Source: Thermoplasmata archaeon
Lineage (GTDB): Archaea; Thermoplasmatota; Thermoplasmata; RBG-16-68-12; JAFNFQ01
DNA length: 64,000 bases
Direction: 5' to 3'
Assembly: GCA_041489255.1 (NCBI GenBank)
Contig: JBGPQV010000006.1
Span: 65,147-129,146 of the forward strand
The notes beneath the pieces are model-generated. The model saw only the letters and a program-made list of their open reading frames with translations. It did no database searches and was not told where the DNA came from. Positions 38,609 through 48,477 of the stretch are shown in pieces. The first letter of the stretch is position 1; each line of letters opens with the position of its first letter. Both the position numbers and the translations under genes were made by a program.

Positions 38609-39814
38609 TTGCGTTCAAGCGCGCGCGTCTTCGATGTCATCGTAATCGGAGCGGGGCCGGTCGGCTCGAACGTCGCGGCGCTGGTCGCGAAGGAGGGATA
38701 CCGCGTCGCGCTGATCGACAGACACAAGGAGAACGAGAGACCGACCAAATGCGGGGCACTAGTGACGCCGAGGGTCCTTGACCTCGTCGACGCGAAGATG
38801 ACCGTGATGAATCACATCCGAGGGGCGGTCGTCTACTCCCCCGGCGGGAGGGAAGTCGTCGTCGACGGACGAGAGACCAAGGCGGTCGTGCTCGACCGAG
38901 AGGCGTTCGAGAACCAGCTCATAAAGAATGCCAGGGACAACGGCGCCGAGTGCCTCTTCGGCGCGACAGCCAGGGCCGCGCGCAGGACCGCCACGAGCAA
39001 GGTCGAGGTATCAGTCCATGGCGTGGACGATGCGGGCTACCTCTCCTGCCGCATTCTGGTCGGAGCGGACGGGACTGCCGGCGGAGTGCCCGGCTGGTTC
39101 TCCATGTCCAAGCCCAGGAAGATGCTGCTGGGCTGCGAGCAGACGATGAGCGGCGTGGATTGCGACGAGCGGTTCGTCAAGTTGTTCCTGGGTCGCGACT
39201 TCGCACCCGGCTTCTTCGGCTGGATAATCCCTGGTGGGGGCCTCGCGCGCGTCGGCCTCTGCGTCGAGCGGGGGAATGTGAGGGCGAATCTCAAGAAGAT
39301 GATGACGAAGCCCGCCGTCAGGAAGTGCATAGGCCGGGCGGAGCCTGTCCAGTATTCCGCCGGGAGGATCCCGATAGGCTTCCCGCAGAAGACCTGTGCC
39401 CAGAACATCATGGTCGTCGGCGACGCGGCGTGCCAGGTCAAGGCGACGAGCGGCGGGGGGATATTCACGGGCCTGCTCAGCAGCACGATCTGCGCGGAGA
39501 CCGCGATCAAGGCCCTTGAGAAGGAAGACTTCTCTGCGAAGATGATGCGCACCTACCACCGCGGCTGGATGAAGCGGATAGGGAAGGAGCTGAGGAGGGA
39601 CCTTGCCATTCACGAGTCGTTCGCGAGGCTCACCGACAGACAGCTCGAGGACCTGATCAGGCTCCTCGACAAGACTCACATCATCGACATGGTGCAGCAG
39701 TTCGGGGACATCGACTTCCCCTCGAAGGTGGGATGGAGGCTGGTGAGGGAGGAGCCGAGGCTGCTGAAGTACGCGGGGAACGCGCTGAGGATCCTCCTCA
39801 GGAGAGGCGGCTAG
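38609..39814 (+). CDS. Geranylgeranyl reductase family flavoprotein
   Basis: VIGAGPVG, GADG, APGFFGWIIP, VGDAACQVKATSGGGI. Confidence 0.9.
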   Translation: MRSSARVFDVIVIGAGPVGSNVAALVAKEGYRVALIDRHKENERPTKCGALVTPRVLDLVDAKMTVMNHIRGAVVYSPGGREVVVDGRETKAVVLDREAFENQLIKNARDNGAECLFGATARAARRTATSKVEVSVHGVDDAGYLSCRILVGADGTAGGVPGWFSMSKPRKMLLGCEQTMSGVDCDERFVKLFLGRDFAPGFFGWIIPGGGLARVGLCVERGNVRANLKKMMTKPAVRKCIGRAEPVQYSAGRIPIGFPQKTCAQNIMVVGDAACQVKATSGGGIFTGLLSSTICAETAIKALEKEDFSAKMMRTYHRGWMKRIGKELRRDLAIHESFARLTDRQLEDLIRLLDKTHIIDMVQQFGDIDFPSKVGWRLVREEPRLLKYAGNALRILLRRGG

Positions 39815-41034
39815 AGCTGGACCCACTCGCCTTCCATCGGCATGACGCACTCCCTTCCCTCGAGCGCGTCCGCGAGGAGTTTGCGGTTGTCGCCGTGCAT
39901 GAGCACGACCTTCTCGGGGTCGCAGCCCTCGACGAACTTCACGAGATCGTCATGGCCCGCGTGCGCGGAGAAGTCGAACTTCTGGACCTCGCACTTCGGC
40001 CTGACCTTGACCCCGCGGATGTCAATCTCCCCCTTCTCCACGAGCCGACGGCCGTTCGTCCCCTCGACCTGGTAGCCTGTGAGGAGAATCGCAGACTTTG
40101 CGTCCTCCCTGAGCGCCTCGATCACGTTGATCACAGGGCCACCGTCGAGCATCCCGCTGGTCGTCACGATCACGTCGCTCTTGAGCGCGCGCTCCAGGCC
40201 CTTCCTGCCGCCGACCACGTTGACCTTGTCCATCGCGTCCTTGAGCTTCCTCACGGACTTGACGAAGCCCTTGTGACCGGAGTATATCGAGTTGACGGTC
40301 TTCCCCATGCCGTTGAGGGAGGCGTAGAACCTCTCCCGCGCCAGGGTGAGTATGATGTCCTGGGTCCTGCCGACGGCGAATGCGGGGACGATAGCGATGC
40401 CCCCACGCTGGTTCACCTGCTTGATTTTCCTGAGGAAATCCTTCTGCACCTGTTCGCGCGGCGGGTGCTGCCTGCCCGCGTAGGTCGACTCGAGGACGAG
40501 GATGTCGCACTTCACCGGCTTCGCCCCGAGCACGAGATCGGTCGAGAGCGTGTGCAGGTCCCCGCTGAAAAGTACTGTCTTCTCGACGTTGACCTCGAAC
40601 ATCGTCGCCCCGGGTATGTGCCCAGCGGAGTGAGTGAGGACCTCCACGCCATCGAAGTCGAGGACATCCCCGAAACTGAACGACCTGAACATTTTCCGCG
40701 ACCGCGCCACATCTTGTCCGTCGAAGGCGGTCCTGAAACCCTCCAAGTCCGCGACCTTGAGGCTGTCCTCCAGCAAAAGGTCCGCTATGTCGAGGGACGG
40801 GGGAGTCCCATAGACCTCGATGTCATATGCAGAGGTTATCCACGGGATCATCCCCGAGTGGTCGAGGTGCGCGTGACTGAGGAGAAGCGCGTCCACGGGT
40901 GGAGCTTCGATCGGGTACTTAGGCGGGCGGGAAGGAAGCATGCCGTAGTCGAAAAGGAGGGTCTGGGGACCCCTGCGCAGGAGCATGCCGAGTCGCCCCA
41001 CCTCTGACGCCCCGCCGAGGAACTGGATTTCCAT
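39811..41034 (-). CDS. MBL-fold beta-CASP ribonuclease (aCPSF2-like)
   Basis: LGGASEVG, SHAHLDHSG, AGHIPG, ESTY, AVGRTQ, DFSAH, MHGD. Confidence 0.92.
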   Translation of the reverse strand: MEIQFLGGASEVGRLGMLLRRGPQTLLFDYGMLPSRPPKYPIEAPPVDALLLSHAHLDHSGMIPWITSAYDIEVYGTPPSLDIADLLLEDSLKVADLEGFRTAFDGQDVARSRKMFRSFSFGDVLDFDGVEVLTHSAGHIPGATMFEVNVEKTVLFSGDLHTLSTDLVLGAKPVKCDILVLESTYAGRQHPPREQVQKDFLRKIKQVNQRGGIAIVPAFAVGRTQDIILTLARERFYASLNGMGKTVNSIYSGHKGFVKSVRKLKDAMDKVNVVGGRKGLERALKSDVIVTTSGMLDGGPVINVIEALREDAKSAILLTGYQVEGTNGRRLVEKGEIDIRGVKVRPKCEVQKFDFSAHAGHDDLVKFVEGCDPEKVVLMHGDNRKLLADALEGRECVMPMEGEWVQL

Positions 41035-41074
41035 CTATCTCACTCGCATTGAAGACGGGTCCATATTTGACCCT

Positions 41075-42148
41075 TTACCTCGCGAAGAAGAGGCGCTGGC
41101 ACCTGATCGCCCGCCCCATGCGCTTCGGACCGAGGAACCGCATCGCCCTCTCCAAGCTGCGGTCGCTCCCGAAGAAATGGCCGGCGAGATTCCGGATCTT
41201 AACCCCGCGAGCGAGGGCCTTGCCCGCGATAGCGCGCCACCTGACTTCGTAGTCGCTCAGGGATGTGCCCTTCATTAGGTGCTCGTGAATCGTCTCGCCG
41301 GCGATTCTGCCGCAGATCATCCCGGTGTTGATACCGCCGCCGTTTGGCGGCATGACGTGCCCCGCGGCGTCGCCGACCAGGACGACATTGCCCTTCACCG
41401 TTCGCGGCACGGGACCCATGATGGGCACGTAGCCGCCGGTACCACGCACGGCAGGCAGCTGGATTTTACGGAGGAAAGCCTGGAAAGGGACATCCAACTT
41501 CCCCTTGAATCTCGGCCAAACTCCCACGCCGACGTTGGCGGTATCACCCTTTGGTATCACCCACGCGTATCCGCCCGGAGCAAGGTTCCCGAAGTACATG
41601 TCGCACGTGTTAGAGAACTTGCCCTCGAGTGTCGCGCTCATGGCGGGACTCGACACTGGCCACTCCAGCCCGACTGACCTGGCAACGCGGGAGAAAGGGC
41701 CGTCAGCTCCGACGATGACCCTACCCTCGAACTCGCCCTTCGTTGTGACGACCTTATTGCCTTTTATGTCGAGCGCGGTGACTTTCGTCATCAGCTCGGC
41801 CCCTTCTTCCACCGCCTGCTCCGCAATCGCCTGATCCATGAGCGCCCTGTCGACGGTGAACCCGCGGAAAGGAAGGAGGTACTCCCGCCCTCCCGGCGAG
41901 ATTATCCGAATCTTCTCCATGTCGATGAACTTGACAGAGTAAGGAGCCTTCATCAGGTCCGTCATGTCCGCGATGCCGGGGAATATCTCCTCCATCTCTG
42001 AATTGCTCGCCACGTACTCGCCGCATTGCACCGGGACGCCGATCACCTTGCGCCTGTCGATCAGCAGGACGGAGAGGCCCCGCCTCGCGGCGTACCTGGC
42101 GGTGGTGGATCCGGCGGGTCCCGCCCCGACGATTACAACGTCGTACGC
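41075..42148 (-). CDS. Geranylgeranyl reductase family flavoprotein (second paralog; start codon apparently GCG)
   Basis: YDVVIVGAGPAG, GVPVQCGE, APGGYAWVIP, VGDAAG...P.NGGGI; the only canonical start (42304) overlaps the upstream gene by 172 nt. Confidence 0.85.
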   Translation of the reverse strand, partial: AYDVVIVGAGPAGSTTARYAARRGLSVLLIDRRKVIGVPVQCGEYVASNSEMEEIFPGIADMTDLMKAPYSVKFIDMEKIRIISPGGREYLLPFRGFTVDRALMDQAIAEQAVEEGAELMTKVTALDIKGNKVVTTKGEFEGRVIVGADGPFSRVARSVGLEWPVSSPAMSATLEGKFSNTCDMYFGNLAPGGYAWVIPKGDTANVGVGVWPRFKGKLDVPFQAFLRKIQLPAVRGTGGYVPIMGPVPRTVKGNVVLVGDAAGHVMPPNGGGINTGMICGRIAGETIHEHLMKGTSLSDYEVRWRAIAGKALARGVKIRNLAGHFFGSDRSLERAMRFLGPKRMGRAIRCQRLFFAR

Positions 42149-42861
42149 GGCCTCACCCCCTGGAGGTGGAATACCGACTTCATTCCCAGGAACCGGTACG
42201 TCACGTCCTCGAACCCTGCTTCCCCCGCCATCGTCACATATTCGCCAATCGGGGACATCGCCTTGTACGTCATGCCGAAGCTGGAATAGGGGTTGACACC
42301 CCATTTCGCCATCGCGTCTCGAGGAACCAGCATCCTCGCGATGGCCGGCACCGCCTTGTCAATCCACGCGTCCATGAAGGCTCGGCGCCAACCAGGGTCC
42401 GGACGCAGCAGCTCCAAGACGTGCAGCCTCCCGCCAGGTCTGATGACCCCGAGCATCTCCCTGAACGCGAGTGGCTTGTCCATGAAGTCCCTGAACGAGA
42501 AGGAACAGAGGACCTTGTCGAAGGTTGCAGAAGCGAACGGCAGTTTCTCGGCGAGAGCAGATGCGAACCTGTACCTCCCGCCATCGAGCTTGTTCCTCGC
42601 GTATGTGAGCATCTCGCGGGAGGGATCAAGGCAGACGACCTTGCGCGCCTTGAGGAGAGTAGCGAGCCCGCCAGGTCCTGACCCGATCTCCAGCACCGTG
42701 TCCTCGCGTGCGACCGTGCCCGACAGCTCCCGCCGCCAGAGCGGCAACAGGAACCATGTGTTGACGATGTTCGTCCTCTCGTAATACGGCAGGAGGTTCT
42801 CCAAGGCCTTGATGATGCCCCGCCAGCTGTCCTCGTCTATGGGCTGCGGCATCTCTGTCAC
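42133..42861 (-). CDS. Class I SAM methyltransferase, UbiE/MenG-like
   Basis: YE..N......L..WR, VLEIGSGPG, AEKLPF, FD....SFSFRD, IRPGG. Confidence 0.85.
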   Translation of the reverse strand: MTEMPQPIDEDSWRGIIKALENLLPYYERTNIVNTWFLLPLWRRELSGTVAREDTVLEIGSGPGGLATLLKARKVVCLDPSREMLTYARNKLDGGRYRFASALAEKLPFASATFDKVLCSFSFRDFMDKPLAFREMLGVIRPGGRLHVLELLRPDPGWRRAFMDAWIDKAVPAIARMLVPRDAMAKWGVNPYSSFGMTYKAMSPIGEYVTMAGEAGFEDVTYRFLGMKSVFHLQGVRPRTTL

Positions 42862-43844
42862 TAGCGGCTGCGCTCTATGACGAAGTCGGCGAGCTTCTCC
42901 ATCTCTGCCTTGTACCTGTTGTCCGAAGGTATCCTGTGGAGAGAGTCCTTCGCCTTCTTCGAGAAAGATTCCGCGTCCGCCAGCGCCTTCTCCACCGCCC
43001 CGGAGCGGCGGATGATGTCCATCGCCTTCCGCACATGGTCCTCGTTCTTGTTCTTGCGGCGTATGATCCGCATCAGCTCCTCGCGGTTCACCGAGCTGCC
43101 GTTGTTCAACGCGTGAATGGTCGGAAGGGTGACGTTGCCCTCCCTGATGTCGGAGCCTACGGGCTTCCCCAGTACGCTTGGGTCGCCGGTCACATCGAGG
43201 ACATCGTCAACAATCTGGAACGCGATTCCGAGGTTGACCCCATAGTCGGCCATGTCGCTGACGATCCGCGGACTCGCTCCCGCCAGCATCGCCCCGGTCT
43301 GGGCGCTCGCGCCTATCGGCAGCGCCGTCTTCCTCCGGATGATGTCGAGGTACTGCGCATCGGTCAGGCTGACGTCGCCGGAATGCTTCTTCTGGGCGAT
43401 CTCGCCCTCTGCCAGCATCGCGCACACATCAGCCGTGAGGTCGACTATCTCCGGCGGGGACTTCCCTCCGATAGCGAAGCCTTTGACGTAGAGGAAGTCG
43501 CCCGTCACAAGGGCGTTCTGCACTCCATATTTGACGTACGCAGAGACCTTGCCCCGCCTCATTCCGCCGCCGTCGTTGATGTCGTCGTGGATGAGGGTCG
43601 CGCTGTGTATAAGCTCGAAGGCGGCGGCTAGCTCGATGATCTGCGCCGGGTCCCCGCCCCCGGAGGCCTTGAACGCGAGCAGGGCGACGGTCGGCCTCAG
43701 CCGCTTGCCGCCGCTGTCGATGACGTAGGAGGCAATCTCTGTCAGAAGGGGCTCTCCCGACTTGACGCTCGCCCTTATCCGCCTCTCGACCTCGGTGAGT
43801 TCCTTAGATACTCCGAAGTCCCAGGATGAACCCATCAGTCGCAC
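42861..43844 (-). CDS. Polyprenyl diphosphate synthase
   Basis: GGKRLRP, ELIHSATLIHDDIND, RRG, KTA, FQIVDDVLD, GK..G.D. Confidence 0.95.
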   Translation of the reverse strand: MRLMGSSWDFGVSKELTEVERRIRASVKSGEPLLTEIASYVIDSGGKRLRPTVALLAFKASGGGDPAQIIELAAAFELIHSATLIHDDINDGGGMRRGKVSAYVKYGVQNALVTGDFLYVKGFAIGGKSPPEIVDLTADVCAMLAEGEIAQKKHSGDVSLTDAQYLDIIRRKTALPIGASAQTGAMLAGASPRIVSDMADYGVNLGIAFQIVDDVLDVTGDPSVLGKPVGSDIREGNVTLPTIHALNNGSSVNREELMRIIRRKNKNEDHVRKAMDIIRRSGAVEKALADAESFSKKAKDSLHRIPSDNRYKAEMEKLADFVIERSR

Positions 43845-43938
43845 TATATCGACGTATTATATAATCATTTTTAGATTGTTAAGGGAGGCATGGGTCCTCG
43901 GCGGGCGCACACTGGACAGATTCTAATACAGCCGGTTC

Positions 43939-44364
43939 TTGTTTCCTATTGTGGACAGCGACGACGAGATAGAGAGGATACGCGCGAAGAAGCTGGCGGA
44001 GATGATGGCGCAGGTCCAAAAGAAGGACGCGCCAGATGCGGTCACCGGCGAGCCGATCGTCCTGACTGACCAGAATTTCGCGGGTGTGATAATCCAATCG
44101 AGGCTTGTGCTGGTCGATTTCTGGGCCTCGTGGTGCGCGCCCTGCAAGACGATTGCCCCATTCGTCGAGGGGCTCGCGCGGCAGTACGCCGGCAAGCTCA
44201 CTGTCGGCAAGATGGACGTGGACAGTAACCAATCGATACCGGCACAGTTCGGCATCCAGTCCATACCCACGCTCCTACTGTTCAAGGAAGGCAGGCTTGT
44301 CGATGGCATCGTCGGGGCGGTCCCCAAGGCGCAGCTCGAAGGCCTGGTCAAGAAGTGGATGTAG
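43939..44364 (+). CDS. trxA: Thioredoxin
   Basis: VDFWASWCAPCK, IQSIPTL. Confidence 0.93.
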   Translation: MFPIVDSDDEIERIRAKKLAEMMAQVQKKDAPDAVTGEPIVLTDQNFAGVIIQSRLVLVDFWASWCAPCKTIAPFVEGLARQYAGKLTVGKMDVDSNQSIPAQFGIQSIPTLLLFKEGRLVDGIVGAVPKAQLEGLVKKWM

Positions 44365-44371
44365 CGCGCCC

Positions 44372-45256
44372 TCAGTCGACTCCGACCGGTTTGAACTTGG
44401 GCTTGTGCGCGACCTTCCCCATTTCCCTTTTCAGATTCTCGACTATCGACTCGAAAGCCTTCGCGGCGGGAGAGTCGGGGCGTTCAAGCACGAAAGGTTT
44501 CCCCGCGTCACCGCCGATCACAATGGCGGGGTCAATAGGAATGCCGCCGAGGAATGGTATGCCGAGCTTCTCCGCCATCTTCTGACCGCCGCCGCTCTTG
44601 AAGAGCGCTTCGTGGTGCCCGCACTTCGGGCAGGTGTAGCCGCTCATGTTCTCCACCACTCCGAGCACGCGCATCTTCACGGCCTTCGCGAAGTTGATGG
44701 ACTTGCGGACGTCCAAGAGCGAGAGCTCTTGCGGGGTCGTCACGACGACGGCGCCGTCGACGTCCGGTATCTCCTGTGCGATGCTGAGGGGCTCATCGCT
44801 CGTTCCTGGCGGGAGGTCGATCACGAGATAGTCAAGGGCGCCCCAGTTCACGTAGACCAGCATCTGTCTCAGCGCCTGGATCTTCAGCGGCCCCCGCCAG
44901 ATCACCGCCGCGTCCTTGTCGGGCAGGAGCTGCGCCATGCTCATGACCTTGATGCCCAGCGCCCCCTCGACCGGCTCCAGCCAGTCCTTCCCCGCCTTGG
45001 GCGTCACATTCTCCACGCCCATGATCATCGGGATGTCGGGACCCGTGACGTCGGCGTCGAGGATGCCCGCCTTCGAATCCCTGGCGAACACGCACGCGAG
45101 CCCCGCCGCCACTGTGCTCTTGCCCACTCCGCCCTTCCCGCTCATGACGACGATCTTGTGCTTGATGTTCTTGGAGACCTCTGTCATGCGCAGGCGGTCT
45201 CTCATCGACTTCGCCATCTCGGGGGTAATCTTCGGCTGCTCCTGATCTTCCGCCAT
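44372..45256 (-). CDS. Mrp/NBP35 (ApbC) Fe-S cluster carrier ATPase
   Basis: SGKGGVGKST, IWRGP, DLPPGTSD, VENMS...CPKCG. Confidence 0.95.
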   Translation of the reverse strand: MAEDQEQPKITPEMAKSMRDRLRMTEVSKNIKHKIVVMSGKGGVGKSTVAAGLACVFARDSKAGILDADVTGPDIPMIMGVENVTPKAGKDWLEPVEGALGIKVMSMAQLLPDKDAAVIWRGPLKIQALRQMLVYVNWGALDYLVIDLPPGTSDEPLSIAQEIPDVDGAVVVTTPQELSLLDVRKSINFAKAVKMRVLGVVENMSGYTCPKCGHHEALFKSGGGQKMAEKLGIPFLGGIPIDPAIVIGGDAGKPFVLERPDSPAAKAFESIVENLKREMGKVAHKPKFKPVGVD

Positions 45257-45351
45257 CGCATATCAGCTCCTTTTCCTCGGGTTGCGCACCCACTGCGCTA
45301 ATCGTATTTCAAGATGAGTGAATCTGAGAGGTAATGCCTGAACGCGTCCGA

Positions 45352-46926
45352 TCAAGGGAGGAACGACCTCGCCGCGTCCTGGACGAAGGAGATGAACGGC
45401 TGGGCGGCCAATCCCGCGATCAGTATCAGCATCACCGCAATCGCGACGGCGGCGGTCATGGAACCCGAGACCGGAGGCTGGTCCTTCTTGTCGGATTCGA
45501 GGACGAGCATGTACCAGATCAGGCGGGCGTAGAAGTACAGGGACAGCGCGCTGTTCAGGACTCCCGAGACCGCCAGTGCGATGAACCAGGCGTTGTAGGA
45601 ACTCGCGTCGACAGCGGAGGAGAAGAGGACCAGCTTGCTGAAGAATCCTCCGAACGGCGGTATGCCGGCGAGGGAGAGCATGAGGATCGACATGGCGATC
45701 GCCATGAAGGGCATCCTCTTCAGGAGCCCGCGGTAATCCTCGTAGCTTTCGCCGATCTTGGCGGTGGCGACTGCTGCGACTACGATGAAAGCCCCGGCTG
45801 TCATGATGGCGTGCGTCAGGACATGATACAGGCCGCCGGTGATGCCCGCCGTCGCGACGTCGTACTTTCCTGCGTAGTCCGCATCGCCGACCGCCGTAGT
45901 TCCGAGGATCGATGCGACCGCGATGGCTATGAGGATGTAGCCCGCATGGGCGATGCTGCTGTACGCGAGCATCCTCTTGACGCTCTTCTGCGGGATCGCG
46001 AGCAGGTTGCCCACCGTTTGCGTAGCGATGGCCAGGACGGCCAATACGATCAGCCAATCGGCCTGGACCGCGAGCAGCGCAATCAGGAACACCTTGATGA
46101 GCGCGACAATCCCCATCTTCTTGCTGCCCGCCGCGAGGAAGGCGCTGATCGTCGTCGGTGCGCCCTCGTACACGTCCGGCGCCCACATGTGGAATGGCAC
46201 CACAGCGACCTTGAATCCGAAACCCGCCAGCAGGAAGACTATCGCGACTATCAGCGGCGGTTCCATGCCCGGCACCGCTGAGCCCAAGCTCTTGCCCATG
46301 GTGACAAGGTCCGTCGTCGCACCGAAGCTCGTCGTCCCCGTGATACCGTAGACCAGGGAGATCCCGAACAGGATTATGGCGGAGGAAATCGCCCCGATGA
46401 CGAAGAACTTCATCGAGGCCTCGCTCGCCTTCTTGTCCTTCTTGCGGAAGGCCGTGAGGGCGAACGTGCTGAGGCCGCTCATCTCGAACGCGAGGTACAG
46501 CACGATCAGGTTCGTCGCGGCCGCGACGAACATCATCCCCGCCACGGCGAAGAACATGAGGCAGTAGTACTCCGCCTGGTGCGGCTCCTCCTTGGAGATG
46601 AAGCCTTTCGAGGCGATGACGACAAGAAGTGCCACGACAAGGAAGACTGTGTGGAAGAATAGCGCGAACAGGTCGACGTGCAATCTCAGCTGGTCCCTGA
46701 AATTGCCATCGGAAGCGTTCAACGGTGAGGACCAGAGGTTGAGACCCAGCGCGTGGGTCACGGAGAGACCCATCATGTCCAGCGTGGCCAGCAATGAAAC
46801 CAGAACGGAGACGAGCGCGATCGCCCACAAGATCTGCGGCCTGCGCTTCGTGAAGAACCCGAGGACGAGCATCAGGAGCGCTGACGTGATCAGGACGATT
46901 TCTGGGAAGAGGACCGCGTACGTCAT
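45352..46926 (-). CDS. nuoN: Complex I-like subunit N
   Basis: EASMKFF, GFGFKVAVVPFHMWAPDVYEGAP, KRMLAYSSIAHAGY, SLAGIPP. Confidence 0.93.
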   Translation of the reverse strand: MTYAVLFPEIVLITSALLMLVLGFFTKRRPQILWAIALVSVLVSLLATLDMMGLSVTHALGLNLWSSPLNASDGNFRDQLRLHVDLFALFFHTVFLVVALLVVIASKGFISKEEPHQAEYYCLMFFAVAGMMFVAAATNLIVLYLAFEMSGLSTFALTAFRKKDKKASEASMKFFVIGAISSAIILFGISLVYGITGTTSFGATTDLVTMGKSLGSAVPGMEPPLIVAIVFLLAGFGFKVAVVPFHMWAPDVYEGAPTTISAFLAAGSKKMGIVALIKVFLIALLAVQADWLIVLAVLAIATQTVGNLLAIPQKSVKRMLAYSSIAHAGYILIAIAVASILGTTAVGDADYAGKYDVATAGITGGLYHVLTHAIMTAGAFIVVAAVATAKIGESYEDYRGLLKRMPFMAIAMSILMLSLAGIPPFGGFFSKLVLFSSAVDASSYNAWFIALAVSGVLNSALSLYFYARLIWYMLVLESDKKDQPPVSGSMTAAVAIAVMLILIAGLAAQPFISFVQDAARSFLP

Positions 46927-48477
46927 CTAGTGGCCTCCTATCAGGCCGAGCAGGGGTCCGGAGAAATCGCCGATGAGATTGAAGAACAGGAATGGCAAGA
47001 TGCCGAACAGGACCAGCAATATCGTCAGGACTCCCAGCGGCACTTCCTCGTATGCATGCACGTCAGGCATGTCCGCGAGCTTCGGATTCAGAGGACCGAA
47101 GAGCGCCTTCTGCATGGCGTAGATGTAGTACGCGGCGGTCAGCACCACGGTGATGATTGGAATTGCCACGAACCATCCGAACGCCTCGTACGTCCCTACG
47201 AACACGGTGAACTCCGCGACGAAGCCGACGAGCCCCGGCAGACCGAGGGACGCGAGGAACGAAATCATGACGAACGTGCTCAGGCGGGGAGCCTTGGCCG
47301 CAATTCCTCCTAGATCGCTGATATTCCTCGTGCCGATCTTGTGGCCTATGGAGCCGGCAACCATGAATAGCATCGCCGACACGAGACCGTGCGCGAACAT
47401 CTGGAATATCGCGCCTGTGAACGCGAGGTTGCCCGCGCCGGGGTTCTTGCTCGCGGCGAAAACGCCAGCCGCGATGCCGAGGGTCACGAAGCCCATGTGG
47501 CTCACGCTGCTGAACGCCACCATCCTCTTGATGTCGTCCTGCGCGATGCAGACGACCGCGCCATAGATGATGCTCACGGTCCCCAGACCCGCGAGCAGCC
47601 AGACCATGTCGATGGCGGCCGAGGGCAGCATCTGGACATTCACCCTGATCAGCCCGTAGCCACCGAGCTTCAGCAATATGCCTGCAAGGAGGACGGAACC
47701 GGCGGTCGGCGCCTCGACGTGTGCGTCAGGCAGCCATGTATGCAGAGGCCATGTCGGGAGCTTCGTCCCGAAGCCGATGACCAGACCGACGAAGAGAAGG
47801 TTCGCGACCGCACCGGCGGGGACCGGGGTCGTCTCGATCAGCTGGACCATATTGGAGGTCCCGCCATAGAGGTAGAAGACGAATATCGCGAGCAGCACGA
47901 GCAGCGATGCCGCCTGGGTGTAGAGGAAGAACTTCATCGACGCGTACTTCTTCCGGGGCCCGCCCCAGACCGCGATGATGAAATACATCGGGATGAGCCC
48001 CGCCTCCCAGAAGATGAAGAAGAGGAAGAAGTCCAGGGAGATGAAGACGCCAACTATGGTGGCCTCCATGAACAGGAACATCGCGTAGAATTCCTTGACG
48101 CGGTGCTTCTCATCCCACGAAAAGATCATCGCGAGCGTCGTCAGCAGTGCAGCGAGGAACACGAGGGTGATCGAGAGCTCGTCGACGCCGAGAGCATAGG
48201 TGATGCCCAAGCCTGGTATCCACTCCGCGCTCTCGTACGCGCGGTAATGGAACTGGGAAGTGGGCGAGTATCTGTAGTCCCTGAGCTGGACCGAATCCGG
48301 CATCAGGAACCCCGCTAGGAGCAGGATTGAGATGACCAGGGGGATGAGCGAAACCGTGACGCCCAGTATCCTCGCGTTCTCGGGCTTCTTCCCGCCGATG
48401 TAGACGAGCAGAGCGCCGAGCAGCGGGACGGCGATCATCAGGGAAAGTAGCGGGATCTCAACGAGCACCCTATCCAC
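46927..48477 (-). CDS. nuoM: Complex I-like subunit M (second copy)
   Basis: FFIFWE...IPMY, KLP.WPLHTWLPDAHVEAP, SSVSHMG, LGLPG..GF..EF; start may be GTG 48468. Confidence 0.92.
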   Translation of the reverse strand: MDRVLVEIPLLSLMIAVPLLGALLVYIGGKKPENARILGVTVSLIPLVISILLLAGFLMPDSVQLRDYRYSPTSQFHYRAYESAEWIPGLGITYALGVDELSITLVFLAALLTTLAMIFSWDEKHRVKEFYAMFLFMEATIVGVFISLDFFLFFIFWEAGLIPMYFIIAVWGGPRKKYASMKFFLYTQAASLLVLLAIFVFYLYGGTSNMVQLIETTPVPAGAVANLLFVGLVIGFGTKLPTWPLHTWLPDAHVEAPTAGSVLLAGILLKLGGYGLIRVNVQMLPSAAIDMVWLLAGLGTVSIIYGAVVCIAQDDIKRMVAFSSVSHMGFVTLGIAAGVFAASKNPGAGNLAFTGAIFQMFAHGLVSAMLFMVAGSIGHKIGTRNISDLGGIAAKAPRLSTFVMISFLASLGLPGLVGFVAEFTVFVGTYEAFGWFVAIPIITVVLTAAYYIYAMQKALFGPLNPKLADMPDVHAYEEVPLGVLTILLVLFGILPFLFFNLIGDFSGPLLGLIGGH

